A program made the position numbers and the translations under genes. Below, one piece after another: positions 1 to 11,790 of a stretch of DNA of 64,000 nt (its first letter is position 1; each line of letters opens with the position of its first letter). Source of the stretch: Lytechinus pictus (taxonomy: Eukaryota); contig NC_087251.1 of the NCBI RefSeq assembly GCF_037042905.1, forward strand, positions 19,718,001 through 19,782,000. The letters run 5' to 3'. Under the pieces are notes generated by a model, which ran no database searches, had not been told where the DNA came from, and saw only the letters and a program-made list of their open reading frames with translations.

Positions 1-704
1 GGCTGAATTGTACACAATTTACATTTTAAAAAGATACAACAAAATGTAACGTGAATAACAAAGATAAAAGTTATTAAAAATTAATTGATAGAAATCCATG
101 GAGAGAAAATACCAAATTGATTATGAGTTAAGATTGTGAACAAATTAGAAATTGAAATTAAAGACAATTCCTTAATATAACCCGTAGAATTTGCTAAATG
201 TCAGTAAAAGTAAAAGTATGTAAAATTGTAACTTAAAGATGAAAATATAGTTATCATTTTTCTTCCATATTTCTTTAACAAGACAAAACAAAAGTAAAAA
301 AAATGTCCCTGAAACATGTACTTTTAGTCCGGATGTAAAAAATTAATCAAGCTTAAATTTGAAAAATAAGTATAACAAAACATTGTGGATATATTGTTTA
401 GAAATTGAATTGAATTAAGTTTGGGTATGAAATTATCAAAAACTATAATACTTATATACATGTACTCAAAATCAGTTATTAAAAACAGATTTCATGGCAA
501 TCAATTATTTCATTTACTGCTAAGAATAATAATTGCACAAGCATTATATGACGTTGATGACATTAGAAATATTGCACAGGAGTTGATGTATAATCGGAAT
601 TATTAACACACATGCCAATTAATTGGTTCTAAGATTTCCTACTTTGATTAAGAAACCTTATCAAATAAGGGAAAGCGCTGTTTTTGTAGCGCTCCGTCTT
701 GCAG

Positions 705-939
705 AAGATGATTTCGGTATAAGTTTGGGCGTTTCGAAGCGATCGGTTATTGGTGGTCGAGCGCATGGAGTGAAGCCAGTGAGTAAAGTTCGATGACGTT
801 CTCGTCAACCATTTAGCAAGACCAAGTGCTAACCTTTCTCGTCTGTCGTGAAGACTTATACTAGGCTTATAGACTTATAGGCTCTGATTACCGACAAATA
901 TCAGTACCGATTTCCGACGTTCGACGATCATGAGTCATG
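705..939 (+). pseudogene. Possible decayed exon of a YWTD beta-propeller gene
   Basis: Acceptor-like gtcttgcag ends at 704 and donor-like gtaggg starts at 940. Fragments across frames (KMI, VER, VLVNHLARPSA, REDLY*A, LITDK, TFDDH) resemble YWTD repeat consensus, but only with several stops and frameshifts. Confidence 0.25.
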
Positions 940-1008
940 GTAGGGTTCTTCATTATCATCAGTCACATTTTCTTTCGTCATACCAAGGGACAGATCCAGC
1001 TCAAGTTA

Positions 1009-1463
1009 GGCTTCAGTCACAACTCAGAGCGGCGACCGACCGATGAGTAGCCTGCTCGGGCGCCGCTGGAATTAAGGCATCGCCGAACGATTTTTGTAGA
1101 AGTCGAGCGGGCTGTGAAAATACTTAGAGGTGGCCGAGCAGTGCCCGGCCGACTACCCATTACTCAAGGCCAAATCTGGGTCAAATCGGGGAACTTTTCT
1201 GTTTGGCGTCCGACCAGTGATCGGCTGACGACCAACTGAAACCCGGGCGGTGTCCCACCGGACGGCGACCAACCGGGCGCCGAACGTATATCGGGCGGCG
1301 AGTGAAAAGTGAGCAGGCTCCGCCAGAATTAATTAATTAAACTCCGCGCTAAATCTTGAGCGGCGACCGCCGGACGGCCGCCGGTAGGTGCCCGGGCGAA
1401 ATTGGCTAAAAACTCGCCGCCCGGTCGCCGAGCAGGATAAATTTTGGAGTTGTGACCTTAGCC
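1009..1463. mobile_element. PIF/Harbinger-type MITE (GC-rich)
   Basis: TIRs ggcttcagtcacaactc (1009-1025) and gagttgtgaccttagcc (1447-1463) match 14/17. TTA TSD at 1006-1008 and 1464-1466. Many internal cggcgacc/gggcgcc sub-repeats. Confidence 0.85.
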
Positions 1464-1659
1464 TTATCAATAGAAGGGGAGCTGGGCGGGAAAAATATTT
1501 AATTCACATTTTACCCGTTAAGTTTGTCGTTTTCCCGACAAGCGTCAGTCCAACAGCCATGCGCTTGCGTAACAGACATTCAACCATCATTAAAACTCCA
1601 CATCTTGAATTTCACCGAAAGTCCGACACACAGGTTTACCTAATCAATTCATTGTCTAC

Positions 1660-1870
1660 CCCATTCCTCCTCTCTTTGATTTTTCTCCTTCATTGTGTTT
1701 TCCTCTTCCTCTGTGTCCCTTTCTTTCTTTCCTACTTCCTTCCTTTATTTTTTTTTCTAGCTCTTTCCCCTTTTTTCTCTTCTTTCCCTTGTTTTTTCTC
1801 TTCTTTCCCTTTTTTCCCTTCTTTCCCTTTTTTCCCACTTTCCACTTTCTCCCTTCTTTTTTTTCCTGCT
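1660..1870. repeat. Pyrimidine-rich degenerate tandem repeat (tcttctttcccttttt-like)
   Basis: Visible directly; explains the Phe-rich and Lys/Gly-rich ORFs here. Confidence 0.85.
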
Positions 1871-2171
1871 CGCTCCAATTTATAAACATTTTTCCCGAAG
1901 GCAGCGCTGATTCACCGACGACGGTCCATGCCACAGAGACCGACGAAGATGAAAGAGAAAAAAATATCGAGCTGTCCAATAAACAAACTCATTTTGCATA
2001 ACTTATAATTATCATTATAAAAAAACTTAATTATTTCAATTCATAAATAGGCATATGGATAACGACAGGAAGTAATTCCTCAAAAAGCTGAGCAAAGGAA
2101 TCGTTAGACTAGCTTTGCTGGAGTAAAGGAGCGCCTTGAACACCTAACAAGGTAAATCCTATATCATTATT

Positions 2172-2915
2172 ATTAATAATAACAATAATAATAATTAGAC
2201 TTATATCGCGCCAAATCCACTCTGTAGAGTGCTCAAGGCGCTTTTTAGGAAATTATAAAAGAAATTAAGAAGAATTGAAGAGAAATGTTTTGAGGAAATG
2301 TTTGAAAGTTTCAGAGCTCAAGCACTGTTTGATGTTTTCAGGGAGGCTATTCCATAACTTAGAGGATGAGTAAACAAATGATCTTTCACCCCAGGTTTTG
2401 GAAACCTTGGGGGTAACAAGAGAATTGGAAAAGGAGGAACGTAAGGATCTTGAAGGGGTATAACTTTTGATCAGTGAAATGAGGTACTGGGGAGAAGAGC
2501 CATGGACACAGTGGAAAGTTAACAACAAAATCTTGAACATAATACGTTGTTTTACAGGGAGCCAATGTAAGGATCTTAAAATAGGAGTAATGTGAGTGCG
2601 CCTGGTGGATAGAGAAACGATGCGAGCGGCAGCATTTTGAAGTTTCTGAACTTTGACTAACAGATTCTGGGGTAGATTAAACAAAAGGGAGTTTCCAAAA
2701 TCGAGACGGGACGAAATTAAAGCGTGAACCAATTTTTCTGTGGCCGGTCGAGACAAGACAGTATTTCCTAATAAAACCAATATTTCGCAATTGGTAGCGA
2801 ACTGATCTACAAATAAAAGAAATGTGATTCGACATTGTCATGTGAGAATCAAAAACTATACCGAGATTGCGACAAGAACTTGACAAATTTACAGTGAGGC
2901 CAGAAAATGCGATAT
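2172..2915 (-). mobile_element. 5'-truncated L2/CR1-group LINE: RT C-terminus plus 3' UTR
   Basis: Peptides RNLGIVFDSHMTMSNHI...IRKY and, after a frameshift, LVHALISSRLDFGNSLL...LQNAAAR...HITPILRSLHWLPV are typical of L2-clade ORF2. The 3' end reads aagcgccttgagcac...gtggatttggcgcgatataagtc followed by an (ATT)n tail. Confidence 0.9.
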
Positions 2916-3009
2916 TATTATATCCAATATGATTTCTTAAGAAAAGAATGTGACGAATTTTGTTTCAAAATATCGAGTTAAATTTAATTGGATTTATTTT
3001 TCACTGCAT

Positions 3010-3313
3010 GTTTGTTGGCATCGAGCAGAAATCCGCGGGCAATCTGCGTTCTTCATGCGGGTTAACTGCGAGTGACTTACGGCCGCTACGGGCCGTACTG
3101 GTGTTCTACGGGTGAATTGCGGGCAATCACCCGCAACTCACCCGTAAAAAGTTTTGAGCATGTTCAAAACTTTTCTGCGGGCAACTCAGAATTCCGTGCG
3201 CTTCTGCGGGCAATATGCGTGCGAGATACTGCCAATGCGGGCGATCTGCGGGTAGCAAAAATGGTTACCCGCAAGTCGCCCGCAAGACTTGCACGGAACG
3301 ATGTGACAGGGCT
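3010..3313. mobile_element. One end of a Harbinger-type element
   Basis: Terminus ...gatgtgacagggct followed by TTA (3314-3316). Many gcggg(c/t) subterminal repeats and an internal aaaagttttga-gcatgt-tcaaaactttt hairpin. The other end was not found. Confidence 0.6.
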
Positions 3314-3316
3314 TTA

Positions 3317-3450
3317 GCAAGGTGTTATACTATCGAATGCTTTGCTGAAATCCGTCGCTTTTAATGTTGACACTGTCTTCGGTTTGTCTGCATTTATACC
3401 GTAGATAGCGTTTAGTATATCGATAGTTTGTGTGAGTGTATGGAGACCAA
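3317..3450 (-). pseudogene. Degraded non-LTR reverse transcriptase fragment
   Basis: Minus strand translates ADKPKTVSTLKATDFSKAFDSI (RT motif DFSKAFD), preceded in another frame by IDILNAIY. Not in the ORF track. Confidence 0.65.
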
Positions 3451-3513
3451 GATACAAAAAAGGAGGAAAAAGAAGTGTGAAATAGGATATTTTTTTCTGA
3501 AAATTATGCTATA

Positions 3514-4331
3514 CAGTGCGTCCCACAAAAAACGAAACCGAGATTTATCGATGATTTATCATAACTTAATCGCAAATAAAATAGACAAATGACCTACCAT
3601 TTTAAAGCTTAGAATCTCCTCTTTCATCTGAAATTACTTAGATTATTTCTCATTCATGAGTGAGCAAAAACTATTTGAAAAGGGGATACCAAAAAGTCAC
3701 TTGGCGGGCCGTATCTGGGTTTTAAAAAGAAAACCACATCTTTAAAAAGTTCAATATCTGCTCTTTAATTTGATACCTCAATTACAGAAAATGGTCAAGA
3801 AATAACAAAGTTCTGGTTATTTGAAATAAGGCTTGAATTTCAATAATTTCAAAAAATGAAGAGGTTTTACAGGGTAGCGTTCAAACTCACTCGACACTCC
3901 GTTTTGTTGACGATCAGCCATGCATTTTAAAGTCTTTTGTTACCGTGCGATAGCTTCAGTGGGAAACCGGTGAAAACACGTTTATTTAATGAAATTATGG
4001 AAATACAAGCATTGTTTCGAGGGATCATAACTTTTTTACTACTTGACCATTTTCTGTGATTTAGGTATCAAAGAAAAGATAAGATATTGAACTTTTTAGT
4101 CATGTGATTTTCTTTTTGAAATTCAGATACCCCCCGCCAAATGATTTTTTGGCATCCTTTCTTCGCATTGTTTTTGCTCAATCATGCGTGAATGAGGAAT
4201 AATCTAAGTAATACCAGATGAAAGAGGAGATTCTAAGCTTTACATTGGTAGGTCATTCGTCTATTTTATTTATGATTAAGTTATGATAAATCATCGCTAA
4301 ATCTCGGTTTCGTTTTTTCTGGGACGCACTG
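3514..4331. mobile_element. Tc1/mariner-type MITE with long TIRs
   Basis: Ends cagtgcgtccca...tgggacgcactg with TA at 3512-3513 and 4332-4333. Imperfect inverted arms of ~350 bp surround a ~100-bp spacer. Confidence 0.92.
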
Positions 4332-4449
4332 TATATTAGATTTTTTATAACAAAAATTAGTTTTGCTCGCTCGTAACTATTAATAATTTTTGCCCGATAT
4401 GCCATATCTGGCCCTCTCAATTTTTTTGGCTCATTTTATGAAGGCTACT

Positions 4450-4918
4450 GACCAGTCAACCATGAACATGAATTCCAGGTGATACATATCCCAGTTGCCC
4501 TTTTTAATAGTCATTTCTGATTTCGTCAATATTTATGATTTTTTTCTTATACCAAACATGATTGTTTTTTCAGTTGGTGGGCGTGGTAAATATTATTTTA
4601 AAATGACATTATTATGGCCTTAAATTCGACCCTGTATGACTGTAAAATCTTGCACATATTTCGAGATTGTTTATGTTAAACTTTTAGATGAAATTATCTT
4701 TGGTTTGATGCTAATTTATATGGCATATAAAATTATCACCTTCAAAGTGGGCGTGGCTAATAAAAGCGTTAATTAAAGAAAAACAATGCTCAAGGGTGCC
4801 AAAGTGGCATCTACTTGATTTCGAGCCAGTATTCCCTCAACTATCATTTCCACCAAAATGTTGCATTTGTACCTTTCTTTCCGTTTATGCTGAAATTTTG
4901 ATAAGTTCTTCTGGACTA
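4450..4918. mobile_element. DNA-transposon terminal fragment, possibly Academ-like
   Basis: Ends in ...ggacta (TAGTCC on the other strand). Contains aatgctcaagggtgccaaagtggcatc and repeated gtgggcgtgg. No partner end found. Confidence 0.3.
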
Positions 4919-5925
4919 AATGAATTTATGTTTTGAGTTTGAATATTTATATTACATTTATTTTGTGTAATTGCGGGAAGAACCTTTTACGGGTCCTTTA
5001 AACATAATGTTGCTTTTCCGGAGACATGTATTATACTTGTCTGAATAAAATCATTTAAAAAGCCTTTTAATTATCTTTAATTATAATAGTAATATCATTG
5101 GCATTGGATCATTCGACTAAAAGAACCGAGGCCGCTTTTTAATTGAATAGATCATGCTTTTTATTTCAAACACTTTTCATAATTATTTTGTTGTTATGCA
5201 TCCAAGCTACAAACTATTTGAGAATTCTATTTTATTTTAATCCTCAACAGAATCTATTGACATGCTTCATTTTTGCATTCTTTGTATCTTTTATGAAACT
5301 TATATGAATAGGATGACTTTGTCTATTCCACCACAAACATTCTTTCTTTTAATTTCAAATCAGAATAAATCGCACAATTATTTTCTTCAAACAAAACACT
5401 GTCTTCATTCATTCCTATGATTAACCAATTATCTCATGCATACTTAATTATGCATGTCTTAAATTGTCAAATTAGCAATATGCATGACCCAAATAATAGT
5501 GGCCTAGATTTGCATGTCAAATTTTCTTCTTTTTTTGTCACATAATTCTGACTTTTCAAATTTATGAATAGATTCCCAATTTTGGTAAAAATATTTATAG
5601 AATTGGATATGTTTACACTCATTTCGTTTTACGTCTTTGCAACACACACTGCCCTCTACGTAGAATATGCAAAACCTTAAATTGCGGTATTTTCAAAAAC
5701 CAAATGAACTTGCCACACATGTTTCAAAGTTTTGCATATCTCAACATTTACTAAGCTTCTCAAACCAATGCTGCAGAATATGCATAATGAATATTTTATG
5801 ATATAAACTCACTTTTTTGGCGGCCTAAATACTCGACGGAAGTGTACTTTGGAGACATTTTGTTCCACTGGACTGAATCTCTGACTGGGCTTCAGAATGA
5901 ACATGGCTGCTGCGACCACTGATCT

Positions 5926-6027
5926 CATGGACCTATTCACGGAGGAATTTCTATTGTTACTGGGGGTGCTGAGCATTGTCACAGCACCCCCAGTAACAAT
6001 AGATAATCCTTCGTGGATAGGTCCATG
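5926..6027. mobile_element. 102-bp hairpin MITE, hAT-like
   Basis: CA...TG ends, 46-bp arms (inner 21 bp perfect) and a 10-nt loop. Perfect 8-bp TSD actgatct at 5918-5925 and 6028-6035. Confidence 0.9.
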
Positions 6028-7246
6028 ACTGATCTGTGTCTTCAAAACATCAATCATGCGTGAAAAGAAAGATCTAATGCTAAGTTCACACCAACGGCGC
6101 TTTGATGGCGCTATAAATCGGTGTGCAAAGCGGCGGCAAAGCGTAACAAAGCTTAATTAAAGCGTAAAGACCGTAATAGAGCATGAGAAAACTTTGAGCA
6201 ATTCGGGACATTCGGCAAGAGCGCCAAAATTTGTTAAACTGTTTAAAAATTTGAAGTGATCTGTCACGGATTGCGTAAAGCGGGGAGAGCGTATTAAAGC
6301 TTATCAAAGCGTCACAAAGCTTAACAAAGTCGTAGGAAAGCTTAACAGAGTTTAAGAGAGCTTGGTTCAAAGCGGTGACCCCACTTTGTACGCTCTTTCA
6401 CCAATTTATCTTCTTTTTAGAGTTAATATATGTAACATACGTGACTCATATGCGTAACAAACGTTACCAAGGTTTAAACAGTCACTATTTCTTTTGTCAT
6501 ATTGTGACAGAGATTCTTTGAGAATATGTGTAAGACAAATCCATCTAAAAGCATTTGGCAGTTATCTGTAAGTTTTATGTGTACGACTCAAAATAATAAT
6601 AGGAACAGTCTAACTTTACATAGTTAACAACCTCCATTATATCTATCAATATCTTAATTCACGGTTACAGTAACTCATCAAATGAATGAAAAATATAGTG
6701 GAATAAGAATAGTCATATCTTCGAAACTATCCAACAAACGAAGGATAGTTTCATTTCCATCCCTTAACAGAACGATTATGGTCAAAGAAAAATAAGCACA
6801 GTAACGTAAGTTACAGAGGTAAAATGTGCATGTTCAGCTTCAAATTTCAGAAAAATTAAGTTTGCAACATTTCTTGCCCATATTTTATTGATTTGAAATT
6901 TAGTGTATTCTTTTGCATTTTTTCGTTGTCAGAATGGTTTTGAAAAAATCACGAAACCGAATTGTACATTTTAATGGTTTTGGGCCTAAAGTTGGATGCA
7001 TTATTTTGAAAAAAAAGTAAAAACTGATAAATATTTTGTTTTGTTAAGTTTGATGCTTTTTGTACATAGTGATAACATGTTCCATTTAATATTAAAAGAG
7101 AATATGTTAAATAAAAAAAGCATTTTATGATAAAATGTAATAAAAAAATAGAAGATATTAAACTAAAATTATGTGAACAATACAAAATACACACAAATCC
7201 CCCAACCAAAAAAGAGAAAAATAATAAAACGAAAGAAATAAAAATA

Positions 7247-7648
7247 CAGTGTCCTACAAAAAACGCCCGTCACACTTCCGGTCCGGAATGCGCAACAACT
7301 TTGATATCATTGGAAAGAGCAGCATTTTATAAGTAACTGACCAAAATATCACGAAATATGATTAGGTAGTTTTTATTTTATTACACTTTTTGCAAAGGGA
7401 TGCAAGCAGTAAAATCATGTACTTTTGATAATTTGCCCATAGGCCCTACAGTTAAGGATTCGTTCAGCCTGATTTTTACCGCTTACAGACCTTTGCAAGA
7501 AGTATTATAACACAAAAACCACTGCATGTGATTTTGGTATTTTTAGATCACTTACTAAATGAAGAGTTGGTCTCTTCAATGAAACAAAAAATAATGAAAC
7601 AAAAAACGACCGGAAGTGTACCGGGCATTTTTTTTATGGGACACCCTT
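7247..7648. mobile_element. Tc1/mariner-type MITE nested in the Harbinger element
   Basis: Left end ta|cagtgtcctacaaaaaacgcccgtcacacttccggtc; right end gaccggaagtgtaccgggcatttttttt-atgggacaccctt|ta. Imperfect arms extend inward. Confidence 0.75.
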
Positions 7649-8283
7649 TATAAAACATAATAAAATAGAAAAGGCAATAGAATAATAAAATAAATAGAAA
7701 AACACTGTTGAAAACTTTGAGTTTTCCACAAAGTTTTTTCTATTCATTTTTTTTATCATATTTCATTTTTTTATTTTATAATGTTTTATATTTTATTTCC
7801 TTTGTTTTATTTTCTCTGTAACAATAAGGGTTATTTATCTCACATATATAATTGATTTTCTTACTAATTTTTTAATTAGTAAGAAAATCAATTTGTAATA
7901 ATTTGTAATAATCAATTTAACAAAAAATTGCGTATTTTAAAGATATTTTATCGCACATATCTAAATTTCAAATTCTGCAACTTGATTCCTTTAAATTTTC
8001 ACTCCTGATTTACAATAGTAGTATTATCTGATTTTTCATGGGTAAAAAATCAATAAAAGTCTGTATTTATATTTTTTTACAAGCAGATGACATACATAAC
8101 AACAACAATAACATCAATGATAATAATAACATCTTCACAAGTACACATAATACAACAAATATTTCAAACTTATATTAAAAATAAACAAAGTGTGCATATG
8201 GGAGAATGTTCTTATTTGCAGACACAAAAGTCTTTATCTTCATCATCTGCTTCTGACGATATCTGAGCCATTCCTTTCTTAAC

Positions 8284-9690
8284 TCAATCAGGAAGTACCA
8301 CCCCAGCCATTCTTTGTTGCCAGTCAACAGCACCCATTGGAGAGACGAAGTATTCTCTGAGATGATCTCTCTGATTTCTGGCATCCACAGTGGCGAGGTT
8401 CCCCCTTGCAGGTGGTTGCGGAACATCTTCCCAGTGAAGTCCATCTCTCCAGGCCCCTGGTGCAAAATTGTGCTCTTCATCTTCGTGGTCCACCGCATTG
8501 GCTGCCAGCGCCACCCTCTTCCTCAGCAGGTTGTGGAGCACCACAGCCGTCTCCACCAAATCTCTGACGTTATCTACCTTCTGTTCCAGTGTTCCCAATA
8601 GGCACCGGAACCTGTTGGCCATGATGCCAAAGGCATTCTCCACCACTCTTCTCCCCCTTGAGATCCTGTAGTTGCAGATCCTCTGTTCATCTGTCATCCC
8701 TCTTCTACTGTATGGCTTCATCATGTAGCTCTTCAGGGCAAAAGCATCGTCACCCAGGATGAAGTAGGGAATATCAGGCTGATTTTCTCCAGGGAGAGGG
8801 CATGGTGGGGGCAGCCCTATGGACCCATCTTCTAGGCATTCGAAGAGCTCAGAGTCTGTGAATATCTGGGAGTCAGACATGTGTCCTTTACCTCCCAGCT
8901 CAATCCAGATGAACTTGTACTCTGCATCTACCAATGCCAGCAGTGGTATAGAAAAGAACCCCTTAAAAGTTGTGGTAGAGACTGCCTGTGTTTGCTGGCT
9001 TCTTAATGTCTATGTGCTTTCCGTCCAAGGCACCAATTGCATGGGGGACATTCCATCTCTGTTCAAACTGCTGGGCAAGGGTGCTCCATGCTTCAGGGTG
9101 GTAGGTATGTTGAAGACCTCATCTTTATACGCCTCTACAATGGCCCTGCACACTCCTGGAATCAACTCTGATATGGTTGAGATACCACATCTGAAACCAT
9201 ATGCCAGTGATCTGTAGTTGTCCCCAGTGGCCAGATGTCTCAAGGTGATTGCCAGTTTGAGGCCAGCTGACAAAGGGTGCCTGTAGTTAGTCTCTTGCTT
9301 CTGGATGACTGGTGCCACTCTCGCAAGGATCTCATCGAACACCTCAGGGGTCACTCTAGTGAAGTTTGTGAAGGCAACAGGGTCCTCTAACCTCAGTTGT
9401 GTGTCCAAGAGGATAGTGAACTGGTCATACTGCTGTCTTCTTTCTTCAGTGAGTCATGGCCTGGTCCAGCAGCACCTGATGAATGGTCTTCCTCCTGCTG
9501 GTAGTTCAATCTCCTCTTGTATTTGCTGTTCTTCCTCTCTCTCCTCTGCCTCGAGGGCAAGGATGTAGTTATATAGCAGGGAGACAAAGGTCATGTCTAC
9601 ATCATAAGATGGTTCATACTCTGGTACATATTGAACTTCTATATCTTGTTCTTCTGCCAAAGATGCAATGATTTCGTGTATCTGCTGCAT
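8284..9690 (-). pseudogene. Harbinger DDE transposase (HARBI1/ALP1 family), ~468 aa, disrupted
   Basis: Joined translation gives WTRP(W>*)L...FTRVTPEVFDEI...KLAITLRHLATG...GALDGKH...NFKGFFSI...LVDAEYKF...GDDAF...[12 protein letters not shown] at 9454-9456; -1 indel in ggg 9096-9098; +1 indel in aaaa 8965-8968. Confidence 0.92.
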
Positions 9691-10287
9691 CGTTATATAT
9701 ACTCTGGATCAGAGGCGGGATGCAATCAGAATCTCGAATTTTGTCATTGCGTAACAGAGCCTATCAATGCACAAGAGAGCTTGATAATCGTATCAGAGCG
9801 TTATCTAAAGCGTGATAAGCGCATCAAAGCTTATCAAAGAGTAATAAAGCATATCAAAGCGTGATTTAAAGCGTAATAAATCCTGATCAATCGCCATCAA
9901 AGCGTGATAAGCCGTAGCGATTCGGGAAATGATTTGTCGCCCAAAGCGGGAACGAACTTCGTATCAGAGCGTATCAGAGCTTATCAGAGCATAACATGTC
10001 TGAGGAGATCGTGAGATTTTTTGAAAAGTAAACAAAAATGACGCCGTATTGATCGCCGATTCAAAGCGCGGCATTCGCCGTTGATGTGAACCTAGCATAA
10101 AATCAAATTACCGAAACTTCTGCCAACAGTCATGAAATGACGTGAGAACAAAATGTACTTTTGAAATTTAAGTGGATTGTACACTCCATTCCTTTACTTG
10201 TATGTGTAACGATTAGAAAAGAACAAGAGTAATAAAGAATTATTGTTCCCTTACTAAAATCATTAAATCATTTTCGTGCCATTACAG

Positions 10288-10586
10288 ATGACCGACTCTA
10301 CTTAACAATGGCTTCTAATCGTTTCAAAAGTGAGTACATTTTCTATTACGATCTTAGAAAGGGAACCGGTTTAGAAGTCTTGTTGAAGCGTGAAGATGCG
10401 GATCTACAAAACCTTATTTCCATAGCAGGTTGGTTAATATATACAGATCTCTACGGTCGGGTGTGCCAATTACAATTGATCGGACAAGGAGCGCGTGTTG
10501 AAGACGAACTTTGTACCGAACAGTATCTAGTGTTTCAATCACCGAAAAACATTGCTATGAAGCTACGAAGAGTAAAGCTTGAATGA
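10288..10586 (+). CDS. Probable terminal coding exon of a divergent YWTD/LDL-receptor class B beta-propeller protein
   Basis: Branch-like actaa near 10253, acceptor ttttcgtgccattacag ending at 10287 (phase 1). Open frame (D)DRLYLTMASNRFKSEYIFYYDL...GWLIYTDLYGRVC...QSPKNIAM...KLE*; DRLY and LIYTD resemble YWTD blades. AATAAA at 11281. Confidence 0.5.
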
Positions 10587-10886
10587 ACCGATGACGCGCA
10601 TTGATGTCACACTCCCGACCTTTCGTTGGAAGAACGCGAACGCTTATTTACGACGTTAGTTGATTTTGGAAGAGACTTTTGGGCCCGTCGTCATGGTCTT
10701 AAAACTCTGTCCTGCAATGCAAATTGTGTGACATGAGATTTTTTTTTCGTTTCGCATCTGGAACGGAAACATTCAATTTGCGTTTCGTGTGCAAAATTCT
10801 GGTTGCTACTATGGTAACAGCGATATATCCGATTTAGGACGACTTTCCAAATCCACATTTGGTTCCTCCCAGAGCTCGAGAGGCAG

Positions 10887-11189
10887 CCCGGGGGGCCCAC
10901 TTTCATTGAAGAGTGGATACCAGGCGCAACAACGCGTAAAAAGGGAAAGAGTGGGTAAGTATACGCTACGTATAGGCCTATGTAACGTTATAAAGGTGTT
11001 AAAAACGATGATTAAAATACTGAAAAAAGGGATATATTTCCAATACTTGTAGGGTTTCACAAGCCAAATAATTGTTAAAAGATGCATTTTCATAATCTGG
11101 AAAAGACTTGCTTCCCTTGTTTAGGGTACTTTTCGAAACCCCATGGTCATGCCTGGTATCCACTCATCAATGGAAGTGGTCCCCCCGGA
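10887..11189. mobile_element. MITE with CCCGGGGGG termini
   Basis: ~38-bp TIRs ccggggggcccactttcattgaagagtggataccaggc and (rc) ccggggggaccacttccattgatgagtggataccaggc. TSD unclear. Confidence 0.8.
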
Positions 11190-11659
11190 ATTTGAATCTA
11201 ACCCCCCATTTCTGGGGAAAGTAAAACATAATACCCTTTACATCGTGTGCTAGAGGCGTATCGTTTGTGTAGAAGGAGTGAATAAAAGAAACAAAAGAAA
11301 CCCTTATGTTCAAACGTATTGCATACGCTGTGTACATATGCGAAATGGGTTCGGCTGGAGAGGTGATCTGAGTGACCCATGGAATCAATTGCCAGTCATC
11401 CACCAATAATCCACATTAAATGCAATATCGATTCGATGGACTGTAATGATCTATATCTAAGCCTTAATTTAGTAAGTTTTTCCTCACTCACTATGTACTC
11501 GATTTGTTTGAAAAACCATTTTCTTATCAATGTCATATTCTATTTTAGGTCCTGCATTTCGAATATCTCCAGCCATCAGTCGTAATGCATGCATGTATTG
11601 CGCGCGGGTGTCGCGGGAAAGAATTTTGCACACGAAAAGCAGATCTGTAGGGCCTGTAA

Positions 11660-11790
11660 CCCCCCTGTAACACAAATCTTAGCATTGATTGTAGAGCAGT
11701 TTTCTACGTTTGATTCTATTGACTATAATGTACAATCAATCTTAAAAATCAAGTGTATGATTAAGCGTCAACTTTTGTGTTAGGGGACCC
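11660..11790. mobile_element. Degenerate short MITE (taacacaaa...tttgtgtta TIRs); a related relic lies at ~30183-30273
   Basis: Inverted cccctgtaacacaaa and ttttgtgttagggga. Confidence 0.55.

Larger units (their letters stand above)
1003..2005. mobile_element. Possible Crypton-like non-autonomous element, interrupted by the 1009-1463 MITE
   Basis: Removing the MITE restores aagttatcaatagaaggggag at the left end; the right end is ataactta (1998-2005). This gives a short AAGTTAT inverted terminus with no TSD. Family assignment is from recalled resemblance only. Confidence 0.3.
6078..10097 (-). mobile_element. PIF/Harbinger DNA transposon with both ends, 4020 bp
   Basis: TIRs tgctaagttcacaccaacggcg and (rc) tgctaggttcacatcaacggcg match 20/22. 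TAA TSD at 6075-6077 and 10098-10100. Arrays of aaagcgt/aaagctt/agagcgt near both ends; transposase inside. Confidence 0.93.

Noticed and set aside
1388..2001. ORFs 1388-1885, 1656-1979 and 1693-2001
   Set aside because: Translations of MITE sequence and a pyrimidine-rich repeat.
2172..3450. A single LINE split by the Harbinger fragment
   Set aside because: The intervening RT core is missing, and DFSKAFD differs from the DLSAAFD typical of this L2-type C-terminus, so these are probably two families.
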